Assembly: GCA_043228905.1 (NCBI GenBank)
Contig: JBHGNT010000020.1
Span: 10,354,001 to 10,418,000 of the forward strand
Length of the DNA: 64,000 nucleotides
Reading direction: 5' to 3'
From: Azolla caroliniana
Taxonomy: Eukaryota > Plantae > Polypodiophyta
Of this stretch, positions 62,775 to 64,000 are shown piece by piece (the first letter of the stretch is position 1; every line of letters starts with the position of its first letter). The notes beneath the pieces were generated by a model. It did no database searches. It worked only from the letters and a program-made list of their open reading frames with translations, and was not told the origin of the DNA. Made by a program: the position numbers and the translations under genes.

Positions 62775-63262
62775 GTTTCAATGTTAACAAATCAATCGTA
62801 ATATTAGATTAAAAGAAGTGTATGTTTATGTGCCCTTTATTTTCTTCAAGAGATAGTGAAACATTGTGTATACCTTTTAATGTGAAATATGTGTTGATGA
62901 ATATCATCAATATTTCTAATTTGAAATATATGAGCAAGATTTATTGCTATTGTTTTTTAGTCTATTTCAAAGGGTGACAAATCTATAATTAAATTTAAAT
63001 TGCCTGTAATGAAATAAATGTATATATATACCGGCACACATTTGTGTTTTGACTACATGCACTATGAAATTAGTACCCATGTAGAGACAATGCCAATGCA
63101 TGCTAATATCACCTTAATTTGTGTGAGGGCATATATTCATATGCAAATTTAATTGTTTATATGCTCCATATATATGTGAAAGCAAATGTATGTTTTTTTT
63201 TTGAACAAAATATCCTTCCATTAGTTAAAAAAAAAGGCATATCAACTAGAACCTTAAGGAAC

Positions 63263-64000
63263 ATCACGCAATCTGGACCTATGCTTTGATTTGTGACCTC
63301 ATGAAAGAGATGAAACACTTCGTCGGGCCTTATCTAAAGATCCAGTGATGCTACAAGCTCTCAATGAGCAAATGAATCACGCAATCTGGACCTATGCTTT
63401 GATTTGTGACCTCATGAAAGAGATGAAACACTTCGTTAGGGCCTTATCGAAAGATCCAGTGATGCTACAAGCTCTCAATGCGCAAATGAAAGTCATGAAG
63501 TTAGGAAAGAGCCCTTCAAGCTGCATCCTTTCTAGACATTTCACGGCCTCTTCACCGTACCCATATTCAACATAACCAGAAATAAGCGAATTCCACGATA
63601 CATTGCCTCTAGCTGATAGTAGTCCGATGACTGGAGTAGCATCTTCAAAAATGCCACGTTTAGCATATGCATAAACTAGAATAGCCACAAGCCAAGGATC
63701 TGAATCAAGTCCCCTTTCAGTGATCTCATTATGGATTTCTTGGCCTCTTCTGATAGTGCTTTTAGGTTTATGCATGCCTTCAAGGTGCAAGTATAGGTCA
63801 CAACATTCGGCAAAGAACCTTGAGATTGCATGTGTGAGAAACATTCCAACACCTCTGTGCCTGCTCCATATTTCGTGTAACCTGTAATAAGAGCATTCCA
63901 GGAGACCACACCTCGACATGGCATCAGATCAAACGTTTTCTTTGCCTCTACAAGAGACCCACATTGGCATACATGTCCACAACAATGCTTCTTACAAAAG
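63263..64000 (-). pseudogene. PLS-type PPR gene fragment, frameshifted and truncated, continuing beyond the window
   Basis: VVSWNALITGY, PNVVTYTCTLKAC, VSWNSLISGY and PNFMTFICALRAC lie in two different frames; an approximately 113-bp tandem duplication (63263/63376) is at the 3' end. Confidence 0.8.

Overview
Eukaryotic land-plant DNA; a fern or other non-seed plant is inferred from the PPR style and the retrotransposon lineages. It is not prokaryotic, so most short ORFs in the track are spurious. Host genes lie only at the edges: the 3' part of a loricrin/WRKY19-like (At1g64140-type) gene (2-1495), an intact 3-exon GASA/Snakin gene (59518-61873) and a frameshifted PPR fragment (63263-64000). 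Between them is about 50 kb of nested transposons. These comprise a LINE split by two nested Copia elements (5.1-14.6 kb), an atypical Gypsy with a satellite-bearing LTR (15.9-23 kb), hAT MITEs, and a 27.8-kb five-level nest (chromovirus > Gypsy > Copia > Gypsy/LARD > solo LTR) that also holds a Pack-MULE carrying a BLADE-ON-PETIOLE-like BTB gene fragment. The most notable observations are: (1) two Gypsy elements with a conserved tRNA-3'-end-like (antisense PBS) motif where the polypurine tract should be; (2) a chromovirus whose 11-nt PBS is complementary to its own predicted transcript 5' end (Tf1-type self-priming); (3) insertions that appear to reuse the same target-site duplication; (4) tRNA-like A/B boxes in unrelated LTRs. 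All alignments were done by eye and no database search was run.
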